This document shows, in pieces, positions 12,460 through 24,603 of a stretch of 64,000 nucleotides of DNA. Origin of the DNA: Tubulanus polymorphus (Eukaryota > Animalia > Nemertea); the NCBI RefSeq assembly GCF_964204645.1, contig NC_134033.1, positions 826,131 to 890,130 of the forward strand, written 5' to 3'. A program made the position numbers and the translations under genes. The notes under the pieces were generated by a model, which saw only the letters and a list, made by a program, of their open reading frames with translations, made no database searches and was not told the DNA's origin. The stretch's first letter is position 1. Every line of letters begins with the position of its first letter.

Positions 12460-13189
12460 ATCAATAAATGGGTCGAAGAAAAAACGTCCGGTAAAATCAA
12501 GGACCTAATCCCGCCCGTTGCGCTACCCGTATTCACTAAACTCGTCTTGGTGAACGACATCTTATTAAAAGGTAATTGGGACAAGAAATTCGAGGTCTGG
12601 GCCACGCGTAAAGGCGAGTTCAAGGTCGACGGTGCCGAATTGAAATTCGTCGATATGATGAATAAGGAGGATCGATTTCCGTTCTGGTTCGATCGTGAAT
12701 CCGGATGTAAAATACTGGCTTTACCGTACATGAAAGAGGAGCTCAGCCGGAGGCGGCCTAGCCGACGTGGAGCGCCGCCTAACGGTCGAATTCTTGAACA
12801 GACTGGCGAATAGCGTCGGTGCCTGGAAAAGGAAAGTGAAGGTCTCGCTGCCGAAATTCAAATTCGAGAAGAAGGTTGCGTTGAATGACGTGCTGGATGC
12901 GATGGGGATCAGGAAGTTATTCACGGAGCCGACCTGAGCGGTATGGACGGTACTGACAACTGTTTGTCAGTCGCGGCATTCATAAAGCGTTCATTGAAGT
13001 GAACGAAGAAGCGGAGGCCGGAGAACCGTTTTTATAATTACTAGTTATTCCTTGCCGCCTGAATTCAGAGCTGACCGTCTGTTTATGTTCTTCATTCGTG
13101 CAGGGAAGTGTGATGAGATAGTGCTGATTCGTTATAGTCGCACGAAGGCCTTACTGTTTATGGGAAGAGTGACAGACCCGACTGCTTAG
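12460..13189 (+). pseudogene. Serpin pseudogene (5'-truncated, intronless, frameshifted)
   Basis: INKWVEEKTSGKIKDLIP, LVLVN..KGNW.KKF, KILALPY, VSLPKFK, ADLSGM, IHKAFIEVNEE, FRADR.FMFFIR and LLFMGRVTDP are serpin signatures spread over different frames. At least 3 frameshifts, and the reactive-loop hinge is degraded. Confidence 0.9.
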
Positions 13190-13745
13190 AAATATCTAAA
13201 CCAATCCGAACCAGAAATTTATCAGCCTAAACCGATATATAATTCACATTGAACAATATCATATCAAAGCTTTGATGATAAGACGACCTAAAATGAAATT
13301 GTGCCGAAAAAATGGATAAGACTATCACGGTTCTGATTTGGGGAGGGGCCTGACTCGCGAAAACGATTGATTGACGCGTAATATAACAATGCGAGACCAG
13401 GGGCTGATTGAGTCTGTTATCCTGAGTTTGAAGACATTATCACAGCACCATTTTTTTCTACATGATTGTGGTCGTATTCGGCTCCAGATTTGTTTGCTGC
13501 TTGTAACCAGTGTATGACTAATTATTGTTTCATTCTAAATAGATATATAAATATATATATATATCAAATAATTTTGATATATCACATCGATTATGAAAAG
13601 AGAAGATGATGACTGATTGTAACCAATAAAGCATTCCATAAACATTTGTTTTGTCCGATTCTTTTAGAAAATCTTAGTTTTGTTTGGAGATCGTTGAAGA
13701 AAACGTCAGAACAGCAGCAAAAATGACCAAAACAAAAACAACAGG

Positions 13746-13852
13746 ACCCAGTTCCACAGATCTGAGTTAAGATTTGACTCTGAGTTAAGTCATTGAAAAT
13801 TAACTAATTCTAACTCAGAGTTAAGTCTAACTCACAACTGTGGAACTGGATC
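13746..13852. mobile_element. Palindromic about 110-bp Harbinger-like MITE (family A)
   Basis: CAG|GACCCAGTTCCACAG ... CTGTGGAACTGGATC|CTG, with internal GAGTTAACTC-type palindromes. Confidence 0.75.
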
Positions 13853-14256
13853 CTGAAAAGCAGTAAGAAATGACAAAAAAACAACTCTTGAGTTTAGAAT
13901 GATTTTTTAATTCGTGTTTCTTATATTTTTCCTTCCAGGGCATTTTTACGAGTCACTCACTAAATCACACGTGTATAAGGTATATACCATAAACCATTCC
14001 GTTAATGTACCCTAAATTAGTGAGAGATAACCACGCCCCACCCCCCCCCCCACCGTGTCAGCTAAGAGAGAAATAAATTGAAATCTAACCCGTGACATTT
14101 GAATTGAATATTAAAACCAAACACGAAAATTGTAGTTCTAAGTGTAGGCAGACTTTGAAACCATGTAGTAACGTTATGAAAAACAATTAGGCACGATGCG
14201 TTAGATCGAACTACCGAATTGTAATTTTGTAATTTCGACCAGAATAAAGCTTCTCT

Positions 14257-14270
14257 CCACTAGGGGGCGC
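14257..14270 (+). promoter_or_regulatory. CTCF consensus motif
   Basis: CCACTAGGGGGCGC matches the CTCF core consensus. Motif match only. Confidence 0.45.
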
Positions 14271-14289
14271 TTGTGCCTTGGGTTTTTGA

Positions 14290-17200
14290 TTATATCTTCA
14301 GCGGGTATGAACAGAATGATACCAGCTTTGTGCAACAACTCAGGTCGTTCCACTCCCCGACTTGTCTCATCTCCACGCAGTCCTCGTTACCTCCGCGATT
14401 GTTCGGTGCATTCCGCGCCCAGTTGGTGTACCGATCCTGCGTGAGATTTGAAATTAACATCACGAAATTAGGGTTCAAGTCGTTAGGCTACTGGCTGTTT
14501 CGTTCTAGAGTCGAACCTCGTTAAAACGACCTCACACATACCGATTTAGCTGTTTCTACAAATCACTCGTCCAAAATCGCACAATTCTAATAATTTCATA
14601 CTGAATTTAAACGAACTATCAGTTATAACGAACTGATTTTCTGGTCTCCTGAAGTTCGTTGTAACGAGGTTCCGCTGTATATAGAACTATCAGTTATAAC
14701 GAACAGAATTTCTGGTCTCCTGAAGTTTGTTGTAACGAGGTTCCGCTGTATATAGAACTATCAGTTATAACGAACAGATTTTCTGGTCTCCTGAAGTTCG
14801 TTGTAACATCGTAGCTCCACGAAAAGATCTCGGCGTTATTTTCCCTCACGACCATCAGTTGACTGCCAGTGCAGAATTGGACACAGTCAACCAGTTTAGG
14901 TTGATGTGGGACATAATTTTTGTAGTTAATTCATGGCGAAAAAGGATTTGACATCCTTAAAATATGGTTTTTTTAAGTCGCGTAATTTCATAGTGTTGTG
15001 CATGCCCAAATAAACTCAAAATCTCATAAACTCAGGACGTTATGAACTGGGGAACTCGGGAACTCAAGATGTCGTCTCAGGGCTTCCATACTCACGTTCT
15101 AAAAGCGATACTTACAGCGATTGTAAAATGACCCTCGTTTACGATGTCGTCCAACCCGATTCTAATGTGGTGTCTTGCCGGCTTTTCGAGACCTTAAACG
15201 AGAAAAGCGGAAATGAGGCACCGGCGCACCGCTACTGTGGTAAGCGAGGATTATGTGAGCATCTTCCAGGTGTCGCTAGTGGCACTGAATTAGCACGCTT
15301 CGATTTCTTGCTAACAAACTTGACCATAGTCATCATCTCTCTATCTATCCAAAAATTAGAAAGGGCACTTTTTGAAGGCGATGTATTTCCAACAGAAAGA
15401 AATCATTCTTCAGGGCCTGGTTTCATAGACTGAGTATCAAAGTTATCCCTTGGGGTAAATCCTCAATCTGGGTGACAACCACCATAGTAACAATGAGAAA
15501 CTATGGTAATAACTGACAAATTTCAAAATGTTCCCAGAGACTATTTTTCTTCCACATCTATGAAACCAAGCCCAGGATTTTATCTTTATTGCCTAGAAAC
15601 TACATCTCAATGCGTAGAAAGTTGCGCCGGGACTTCATTCATTGCTTGGAAATTGCACCAGAAAGCAGTAAATTTCCAAATGTCCTGGGAAGGACCACCA
15701 GACCCCCTCGTTTGTCGTGGATTATGTCATTAATAAGTTCTCCTAACCTCAACACCGGAATCTGTCCCTACTTCACTTACTTCTAATTAACGCGTCCTCT
15801 TCAGAGCTTTCTACCTCGACGATGCGACCTAACTGTTTTTTACAATTGGCCCGAGCGGCGCTGTAAGTAGTCAGAGCCGGGAACAGTTTCAAACTCTTCG
15901 CGCCGTATTTCACCCAACCGGGCCGTTCACCTGAGAGCGAACAACAAGTATAAAGTCTATTTATTCGATGTAGAAAATGCCTTTTTTCCAGTGAATACCG
16001 GGACCCGTTTCTACAGTGAGAGTTTAGTTAAAATCAGTTCATTTTCAATTTCATATAACCCTAAAGACAAATTTAACACAGAACTGCGGACCAGGATTCT
16101 GTCTTAGATGCAGAGGCTATAGTATAGACCAGTTTTAACTCAAAGTAACCCACGGGCTAAGGGTAATTCATTCACTCGACCGGGAAGTTTTTATTTACCG
16201 GGTGCCATTTTGAAGCGGTCCCGCGGGTCCCGCATTGTCGGAGTTATAACGCTAAAACGTTCAACGCGATTAAATATCGTCCAATTAATGGAAATTTATT
16301 CAGATTGACCTAAATTGACGTATAAAGGACCGATTCAGGACCCCCTAATTCCACAGCTTGGTTCGCAGAATCCAGAAGTTTTAGGGCGAAGTGCCAACTC
16401 AGTCCCCTGCAGTATAGCCGATCTCATTCGGGACTGAACTTTTACTCCTCACAGTCCTAGCAGACAAATTAGTTCAAAGCTCATTAAAAATTATCCCTTG
16501 TGCCAGTGTTTTATAGACTAAACTTTGAAATAAGTAACGAGACAAGTAGATTAGAACTTCATCAGGTAAATGAAGCTGATCAGAAGCTTCTATACATTAG
16601 TATAAATTTAAAACCTCGAATTTTCGATTTCATGCTGAAAAGCATTTTCACTCTTGAAAATGGTTTTTAGCATATAACCGAAAATTCGAGGTTTTAAATT
16701 CAATTTCAATAGTTTTGATGTTTTAAAATCTTTTTCGATCATGTGATTGTGGGACTTATATTTCATTCGTCTCTCCCGATTCATTGCATAGTTTTATCTA
16801 TCATTTATTCTAAACCCGGTAAACACCAGGCTACTCTACGATGGACCAAACTTTAGAATTTTTAGTCCATGGCGTCATATACAACGTACCCCATATCTGA
16901 CAAACATACGGGTATTTTCCGTTCACGTTGATGTCATTCCATTTCGCAGTAGTTAAAATATGAACGGAGTCTTCTACGTTTCCGAGGTTATTCGGTTCAC
17001 CGCGATTCCATTGCCCGATGAAAATGTTACCCTGGAAATAGAATCAACATTAAGAGATTCAGGCGCGGATCCAGGATTTTTTCAACGAGGAATAAAGAGT
17101 GTTTATGTTGAACCGCCGTCTAAAATATCTGATGCCAAACATAAGATGATATGATTCTGATTATTTGGGACTGTTCGCCCGTTTTGTCTTGAGTTCATTC

Positions 17201-20200
17201 CTTCAAGAAAACGATTAAAAATTTTTTTTGGTGGCCGAGCAGGGGATGGGGCACGACCCCTGAACACCCCCACTAGATCCGCGCCTGGAGATATTCAAAC
17301 AACTCGAACCCTACATTGTTACATAATATACTGGACCCAGTTCCACAGTTGTGAGTTAGAGTTAACCCCGAGTTTAAGTTAGTTCATTTTCAATGAGTTA
17401 ACTCAGAGTTAAACTCTAACTCACGACTGTGGAACTGGGGCCGTGATTTGAAACTATTGATTGAGTTCAGAGATCTCAAGCCCGCTTAATCTTAGTTCCT
17501 GGTAAAGCGGGCAATAGATTATCTGTACGTCCTATATCTGACTATCTTATCCCTTACGAGTCAATTTACCCTCAAAACCGTTGTGAAGACCGACTATAGT
17601 GTGCCCGGATGTAAGTATATTTACCGCATTAGTGAATGTTCCTTCCTTGTTTTTATCATTGAACACTATCCACGCTGAACCGGCATTGTTAACAACTAAT
17701 GTGCCTGAAACAAATTCATTCATTCATTCTAAACACGCCCGTATGTTGCGCATATTTGGGAGTATGGTTTAAGCCCAACGCACACGGCACCGACGTTTTC
17801 GATGTTTTTTGTTGTGCCGTGTGCGGGGGAGGCAAAACACAAAACGCCGAACTGATATTCGTCGTGGATTCGAAGTCCGCGGGCAAGGCACTTATCCTCA
17901 TTGCCTCTTTCCACCCAGGAGTAAATGGGTACCTCATGCTTTAATAGATGACTCCTGAGCGCCTAGCAGCAGCTCGGTGTTACTTCTCCCCAGGGAGAGA
18001 TGACTGATATATTGACTAGAGTTATAGGCTGGAGGTCATAATACCAATTATTCATGGATAATTCCGTTGCACATTTTATCACAGTGAAAAGGGCGCTATA
18101 TAAATTGAATAACTTAAAATCCCTAAATAAACAATATCTGGAGGGGAAGATGTCGTGTTGTTCTATAGAAATGCAGTAAATGCCCTCAATGTTGGATATT
18201 ATATTACCTTGTAATGCCTCGTGTTCAATGAGGCTGCTAACCCGTGCCAGTTTAGCCCCGTAACGGTGACAACTAAGAGCCGCTTCAGCGTTCGACATCT
18301 TCCTCTTTTGTAAGAGGAAACATTTATTGCCGGCGTGGAACCAACCGGCCTTACACCCGGCTGGAAAAAAACAACAACATATAAGAACATCACAACCTCA
18401 TGGAGTCGACGAGGACCAGTTCAAACTGATTCTAACTCTGAGTCAGGCCTCACTGTACAGAACTGATTCCACGAGGACCGGTTCAAATTGATTTTTACTC
18501 TGAGTCAGGCCTCACTGTACAGAACTGATTCCACGAGGACCGGTTCAAATTGATTTTAACTCTGAGTCAGGCCTCACTGTACAGAACTGATTCCACGAGG
18601 ACCGGTTCAAATTGATTTTAACTCTGAGTCAGGCCTCACTGTACAGAACTGATTCCACGAGGACCGGTTCAAACTGATTCTAACTCTGAGTCAGGCCTCA
18701 CTGTACAGAACTGATTCCACGAGGACCGGTTCAAATTGATTTTAACTCTGAGTCAGGCCTCACTGTACAGAACTGATTCCACGAGGACCGGTTCAAACTG
18801 ATTTAACTCTGAGTCAGGCCTCACTGTACAGAACTGATTCCACGAGGACCGGTTCAAATTGATTTTAACTCTGAGTCAGGCCTCACTGTACAGAACTGAT
18901 TCCACGAGGACCGGTTCAAATTGATTTTAACTCTGAGTCAGGCCTCACTGTACAGAACTGATTCCACGAGGACCGGTTCAAACTGATTTTAACTCTGAGT
19001 CAGGCCTCACTGTACAGAACTGATTCCACGAGGACCGGTTCAAACTGAATTTAAATCTTGAGTCAGGCCTCACTGTACAGAACTGATTCCACGAGGACCG
19101 GTTCAAACTGAATTTAACTCTGAGTCAGGCCTCACTGTACAGAACTGATTCCACGAGGACCGGTTCAAACTGATTCTAACTCTGAGTCAGGCCTCACTGT
19201 ACAGAACTGATTCCACGAGGACCGGTTCAAACTGATTTTAACTCTGAGTCAGGCCTCACTGTACAGAACTGATTCCACGAGGACCGGTTCAAATTGATTC
19301 TAACTCTGAGTCAGGCCTCACTGTACAGAACTGATTCCACGAGGACCGGTTCAAACTGATTTTAACTCTGAGTCAGGCCTCACTGTACAGAACTGATTCC
19401 ACGAGGACCGGTTCAAACTGATTTTAACTCTGAGTCAGGCCTCACTGTACAGAACTGATTCCACGAGGACCGGTTCAAACTGATTCTAACTCTGAGTCAG
19501 GCCTCACTGTACAGAACTGATTCCACGAGGACCGGTTCAAACTGATTCTAACTCTGAGTCAGGCCTCACTGTACAGAACTGATTCCACGAGGACCGGTTC
19601 AAACTGATTTTAACTCTGAGTCAGGCCTCACTGTACAGAACTGATTCCACGAGGACCGGTTCAAACTGATTTTAACTCTGAGTCAGGCCTCACTGTACAG
19701 AACTGATTCCACGAGGACCGGTTCAAATTGATTTTAACTCTGAGTCAGGCCTCACTGTACAGAACTGATTCCACGAGGACCGGTTCAAACTGATTTAACT
19801 CTGAGTCAGGCCTCACTGTACAGAACTGGTTCCACGAGGACCGGTTCAAACTGATTTTAACTCTGAGTCAGGCCTCACTGTACAGGACCCAGTTCCACAG
19901 TTGTGAGTTAGAGTTAACTCTGAGTTAAAGTTAGTTCATTTTCAATGTTTTAACCCAGGGTCAAATCTTAACTCAGAACTGTGGAACTGGATCCAGAACT
20001 GTTTCCACAGGTACAGATCCCTGTGGACAAGCGAGACTCTTGTAAAATTCCATCAACTTTTCGAGTGCCATTTTCTATTTTTTCAACAACGGTGATTAAT
20101 GTATCTCAGTGCAGGGTGCACGTGATATTGTCTTTTTGGACATCAAAGTGCCCCTATGGGATGTGCCAGGTCCTTGAATTACTATCAATATACAAGTCCT

Positions 20201-20398
20201 TCAAAATTGGCCTCTGGATCCACAACGCTGCAAACTGGGTCCTGAACCGCGAACTGGGTCCAGAATTTCTACATTTTGCGACATATCTTTTGTCTCAAAG
20301 ATTAGGCCTAACGAAATGGTCTTTGAAGAAAGGTTTGGAATCTTACCTCGCGCGACAGCAGCCAGTGCGGCCACAAATACCAGAATAACCAACTTCAT
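14290..20398 (-). CDS. Secreted tandem two-domain C-type lectin, 7 exons (20398-20347, 18360-18208, 17704-17625, 17031-16890, 15930-15781, 15192-15116, 14436-14290)
   Basis: Signal peptide MKLVILVFVAALAAVAR. CTLD1: CKAGW..KCF..SC..GAKLA..WIVFND..WNRGEPNN..WND..YVC. CTLD2: PGW..NC..IGLDD..WARNAPNN..EDC..WNDLSC..FC. All junctions are GT-AG and in phase. Confidence 0.9.
14507..14810. mobile_element. pogo-like MITE with its 3' end tandemly repeated (72-bp unit)
   Basis: GTCGAACCTCGTTAAAACG ... GTTGTAACGAGGTTCCGCTGTA; the last 72 bp are repeated about 2.5 times. Confidence 0.6.
17060..17287. mobile_element. TIR MITE (hAT-like CAGG ends)
   Basis: CAGGCGCGGATC ... GATCCGCGCCTG, a 12-bp inverted terminus; no clean TSD. 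Confidence 0.6.
17335..17442. mobile_element. Palindromic Harbinger-like MITE (family A)
   Basis: GACCCAGTTCCACAGTTGTGAGTTAGAG ... CTCTAACTCACGACTGTGGAACTGGGGC. Confidence 0.75.
18411..19885. repeat. 62-bp tandem satellite, about 24 copies, in lectin intron 1
   Basis: Unit gaggaccggttcaaactgattttaactctgagtcaggcctcactgtacagaactgattccac; copies are near-identical. Confidence 0.97.
19886..19993. mobile_element. Palindromic Harbinger-like MITE (family A) with CAG target duplication
   Basis: CAG|GACCCAGTTCCACAG...CTGTGGAACTGGATC|CAG. Confidence 0.8.
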
Positions 20399-23232
20399 TC
20401 TGTAACTTCCTAAAATTGAATAAAAACGCAACGCGATATGATGAAAACGCGAAGGAAGAATTCGCCCGAAAAATACTGAATATTATATTTCCTTGATTCC
20501 AGTCAGAACGATTCAATTTCCTCGAGTAGGAATTTCTCTGCGGTTAGAATATTGAGTGTAAATTAGATTTTTGAAGCAGAAACTGAATTCCTGGATCCCG
20601 GAATGGAAAGAATACGAATAGAACTTACTGTTTCGACAGCTGAAGTGAGACGGGTTGGGCGTAAATAACAGATTTATATAGATACACATATCTGGAGTAG
20701 ACAGCCGTTAAATTCAAATATTCGAAATAAAACCGGCGGTTATAAACGTTTGAACTAATTCCGACGCTCAATAAACTGATAATTAATAATTTCAATTTTG
20801 TAATTCGGTCAATTTTGATATCGCTGTCGCACGCGGCAATGACATTAATCTTACTATCATAAAAAACGGATATTTTTGAAACGGTAGGCCTAACATCTGT
20901 ACAATAAATAACGTTTTGCATATAGTGTCAACGTTAGTTTCATTTTATTGCCAAAACATTCTATAAACCGAAAAAAAACGTTTTTATCAACACAAGGTCT
21001 AGGATGTTTCATTAAAAACCAGCGGAATTTCCCGAGCACCCTCAGCCCAGACCAGCGATGACTATGTAGCGATGACTTGGGTTAGGCCTATTTCAATAAT
21101 TAAATTTCTAAAAATATATCCTCATGTATTCTCAGGCGTGGATATATCTCAAAAACAACCATGCGAATCACACATTGTATTAGTTGCAGACATTTTTGGA
21201 GTTTGAAGTTCGAAAAGTATGGAATGCGTGAGTCCTTTCTTTATAACGCTACTGTTGGGGCCGATGTACAGCATGTCGTTAAAAAGACATTTGGCAAAGT
21301 TATTTAATAATGATAATTTCATTGATTAGGCAAATTTGTCCTCTGAACAATGATGTTATCGTTTTGTGAGCAGTGACATTACGGACGGCAGCTTTACAGG
21401 ACTTCGTAAGGGTAAGCATGGACCAGGGTTCACCACAAGAGCCCTTGTGTCTGATGATGGTGCCACAAGACAACTTGAGAGCGATGCCTGTCTCATCGCT
21501 GAACAGCGCATCATTTTTGTATCTTAATTTTATCGTACTAAAATCAGCTTTATCCTCGAACAAATATAATGGACAAACACAAAGCGTCATAAGGTTAGTG
21601 TAGATAGTTTATTCAACAAAATCGGTTGGTTATTTGCCGAGATGTTGCAGTTTGAACACTGCCTACCGAACAGCAGTCACGCGGAATGTCTGGGCGCGTG
21701 GGTACACTAGGATCGTAGAGAGCGACTAAGATCACTGAGGAGACATCCACACTGCGCCATCAGGACTGAGTAAAGGACCAGCAGGGTAGCTCAGCCGTTT
21801 TTTGTTCCAGCCGCCAAACCTCAGTTGACAAATTGCAGCAGGTTTGGGAGAATATTCCGACGAAAAAAACAACCCCAAGTGAACTGAAGAACTATCTGTT
21901 TTTTCATGTACAAGTCTTGCGTATTTTTTATTATCGAAAATCAACGCGCAAAGAAGCCACAGAGTGAGATTAATATTAATATTCAATTATTATTATTATT
22001 TACTATAAAAAAAGTTTACCTCGAATAATAATTCTCGATCAATATATCGATCATAATTACACATCTTTATCACAAAATATTCAAACTTGGATCCGGTTTC
22101 ACTGAAGCGACTCCCAAGAGTCATCATGCATTAGTTTATCGACTCGGTCCCCGACTCCGAAGAGTCATCGGCGTCGACTCAGAATCGGATTCAGTTCCTC
22201 AGTTTCAGTCGCGTCCGAGTCTTATATGGAGTCGAAATAAGTTTATTGTCAATGGATCCGACTCAACTCAGGATCCAGTTCCTGAGTTAAAATCAGTTAT
22301 TTTCAATCAGGGTCCAGTTTCAGTTCGGAGTTAACATTTGACCCCCGAGTTAACTCATTGAAAATGAACTAACTTTAACTCAAGAGTTAACTCTTAACTC
22401 GCAACTGTGGAACTGGGTCCTGGGTTATAGAATAGAATACTTTAACTCAGAATGGCAGAATTGGGGCCCGGGTGGTAAAATGTTCAAGCGAATTTAACCC
22501 AGAAACTGATTCATATTGTCAGTTTATAAGTGTTAACTCAACTAGAGGCAAATATCACCAGTAAAACTGGACTAAAAAACTCAATGACTCTTTTTAAGTC
22601 AAAATGGGTTAATTTCCGATAAAACGACTCCGGGAGTCGCCAAATAACCACGAAACCGGATCCGATGAATTGTATTACGTATTTGCGAAAATCCTAATTA
22701 CAAAATCCATATCCGCGTTTTTAGGTTTTCAAGAAGTCGCGAAAAATACGACGATTTCCCGTTCGGCAAAAATGTACAGTTTATAGTTTTCTCCTCCCCG
22801 TAAATATTTCCACCACACCGCCGCCGACAAGGTCAAGGTCGACCGAACTGGAAATAATTTTTTCGGAATTTTTGAATGACTTTGTTATCGTACATTGATT
22901 CTGTTATATATTATTAAACAATTAATTGCCTCTCAATAAGCTCAACCGTTTTCAACAGTTAAACACATTCCCCGGTTTCATGACAAATATTCGATATAAC
23001 CACTTAACCTCCCCCCTCCCCCCCAGACACACAGTAACACATAAATAACATCTTACACGTGAAATCATTGCAAATTTGTGCGACAAAAATCACCGAACAG
23101 AAAAACATCCAAAAACTACAAAATCAGCGACATTTTTTTCGATTATCGATGATTTAAACTTCTTATTTTTTTCGAACTCAAAACTTCATGTAAAACATTT
23201 ACAACATCGAAAATTGTCCCAATTACGCTCAA

Positions 23233-23524
23233 CCCTTTCAGTGCGTCTACACCGCAGTGCGGTGTATAAATCAGCGATAGAGTTCGCTGGTACACCGCAC
23301 TGCGGTGTATTGATGTAATTAGTAAATTAGTTTTTATCTCTATTCAAAGATGGCAGCACGTGTCTAATGTAGTGAAATACTAGTAACTAACGATACACCG
23401 TACTGCGGTGTAGATGTGATGTAGCGGTATTCCCGTTATTCAACGCACTAGGGCGGAATTTCTCAAAATTTTCAAATCATCTCCATCACTACAGGGTATT
23501 AATTTTAAGTCAGCGCTGAAAGGG
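23233..23524. mobile_element. piggyBac-type MITE
   Basis: tcaa|CCCTTTCAG ... CTGAAAGGG|ttaa; inverted homolog of 39631-39909. Confidence 0.8.
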
Positions 23525-23674
23525 TTAAACAAGTTCATCAAATAAGGAACCAAAAACATCGCAGCAGAATTTAATACAATCTTTCGTCGTCCACCAATCA
23601 AGAGGTACATCCGGTTTCCGCACTCTCTCGACCGATCCGGGGCAGACGGACTCGCTGGTCGTCGTCGCCGTCGG

Positions 23675-23823
23675 TTACACGGTTTCGTAGCTGCTCTTGG
23701 ATCGGCGGCGACCGATGATGTAAGCGATCAGCACGATGACGACCAGAACGGCTAGAGCGATTCCGACAGCTATCGGTACGATATTACTCGTTTTATTTTC
23801 AGCATCGGCCGGGCATATTTGAT
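23675..23823 (-). CDS. LAMP alternative terminal exon B (TM plus tail ...IGRRRSKSSYETV*)
   Basis: Acceptor ttcttccgacag, phase 1 matching the donor at 28773. Encodes NQICPADAENKTSNIVPIAVGIALAVLVVIVLIAYIIGRRRSKSSYETV. Confidence 0.9.
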
Positions 23824-24513
23824 CTGTCGGAAGAAAAAAATAATCATTTGATCAAAAATCATAAATTCAATTCCGCTTTGAAACTATCCTTTTCAACGTT
23901 TTACAAACTGCCTCTTAATCTTGAGGAATCAAGGTTTGTTTTTTTTTTTTGTACGACAAAAAATTGCTATTCTCATTTTTGGCGAAAGACATTTTACTTG
24001 AATGTTCACATTTTTAAGAAACTAATCTAAATTTAGACGAAATATGAAAAAGTTTTAATAGCGTGCGTGTGAGTTTAATAGAGAACGGATCGTGAATTAA
24101 AGAGGCTTGAAATAAAAACAGCTTAAAACTAAAACTATCAGTTATAATTTCTAAGACTCTGAAAATAGAAGCAACGGTTATAAATAGAAATGACAGTGAA
24201 ACTCGCAGCTGCGACGAGATCATTACGTCGACGACATCAAAACGATTGATTGCGCTTAGAATTGAAATTAGAATTTAAAATATTTAAATCGAGGTTCAAA
24301 CGTAGAGATGACTTCCGTTAATGTGACGACTTTTCAAATGAGTTTCACTGTACACACAGCAAACGAAGGAAAAATCCGAGACCACATCAGGGGCCCAAAC
24401 ATGATACACAGAATCTAGTTCCACATTTCCGGACCCGGTTTCACAGCTAATCTACCCAGTTACACGGTAGTTGGTTAAGTCGGACTGTTAAGTCAAAATT
24501 AGTTCATTTCTGG

Positions 24514-24603
24514 ATCCAGTTCCACAGTTCTGAGTTAAGATTAGACTCCGAGTTAACTCATTGAAAATGAACTAACTTTAACTCACAAATGTGGAACTGG
24601 GCC
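24514..24603. mobile_element. Palindromic Harbinger-like MITE (family A)
   Basis: GATCCAGTTCCACAG ... GTGGAACTGGGCC, surrounded by further terminal fragments. Confidence 0.7.

Noticed and set aside
11695-12467. Long repetitive ORFs on both strands, and a CRISPR-like palindromic repeat
   Set aside because: A 42-bp unit (multiple of 3) without stops produces the ORFs. Units are contiguous with no unique spacers, there are no cas genes, and the context is eukaryotic.
18411-19885. Possible CRISPR array
   Set aside because: Head-to-tail identical 62-mers with no spacers, located in an intron.
21300-21986. Short ORFs between the lectin and LAMP
   Set aside because: No recognisable motifs or consistent splice structure.
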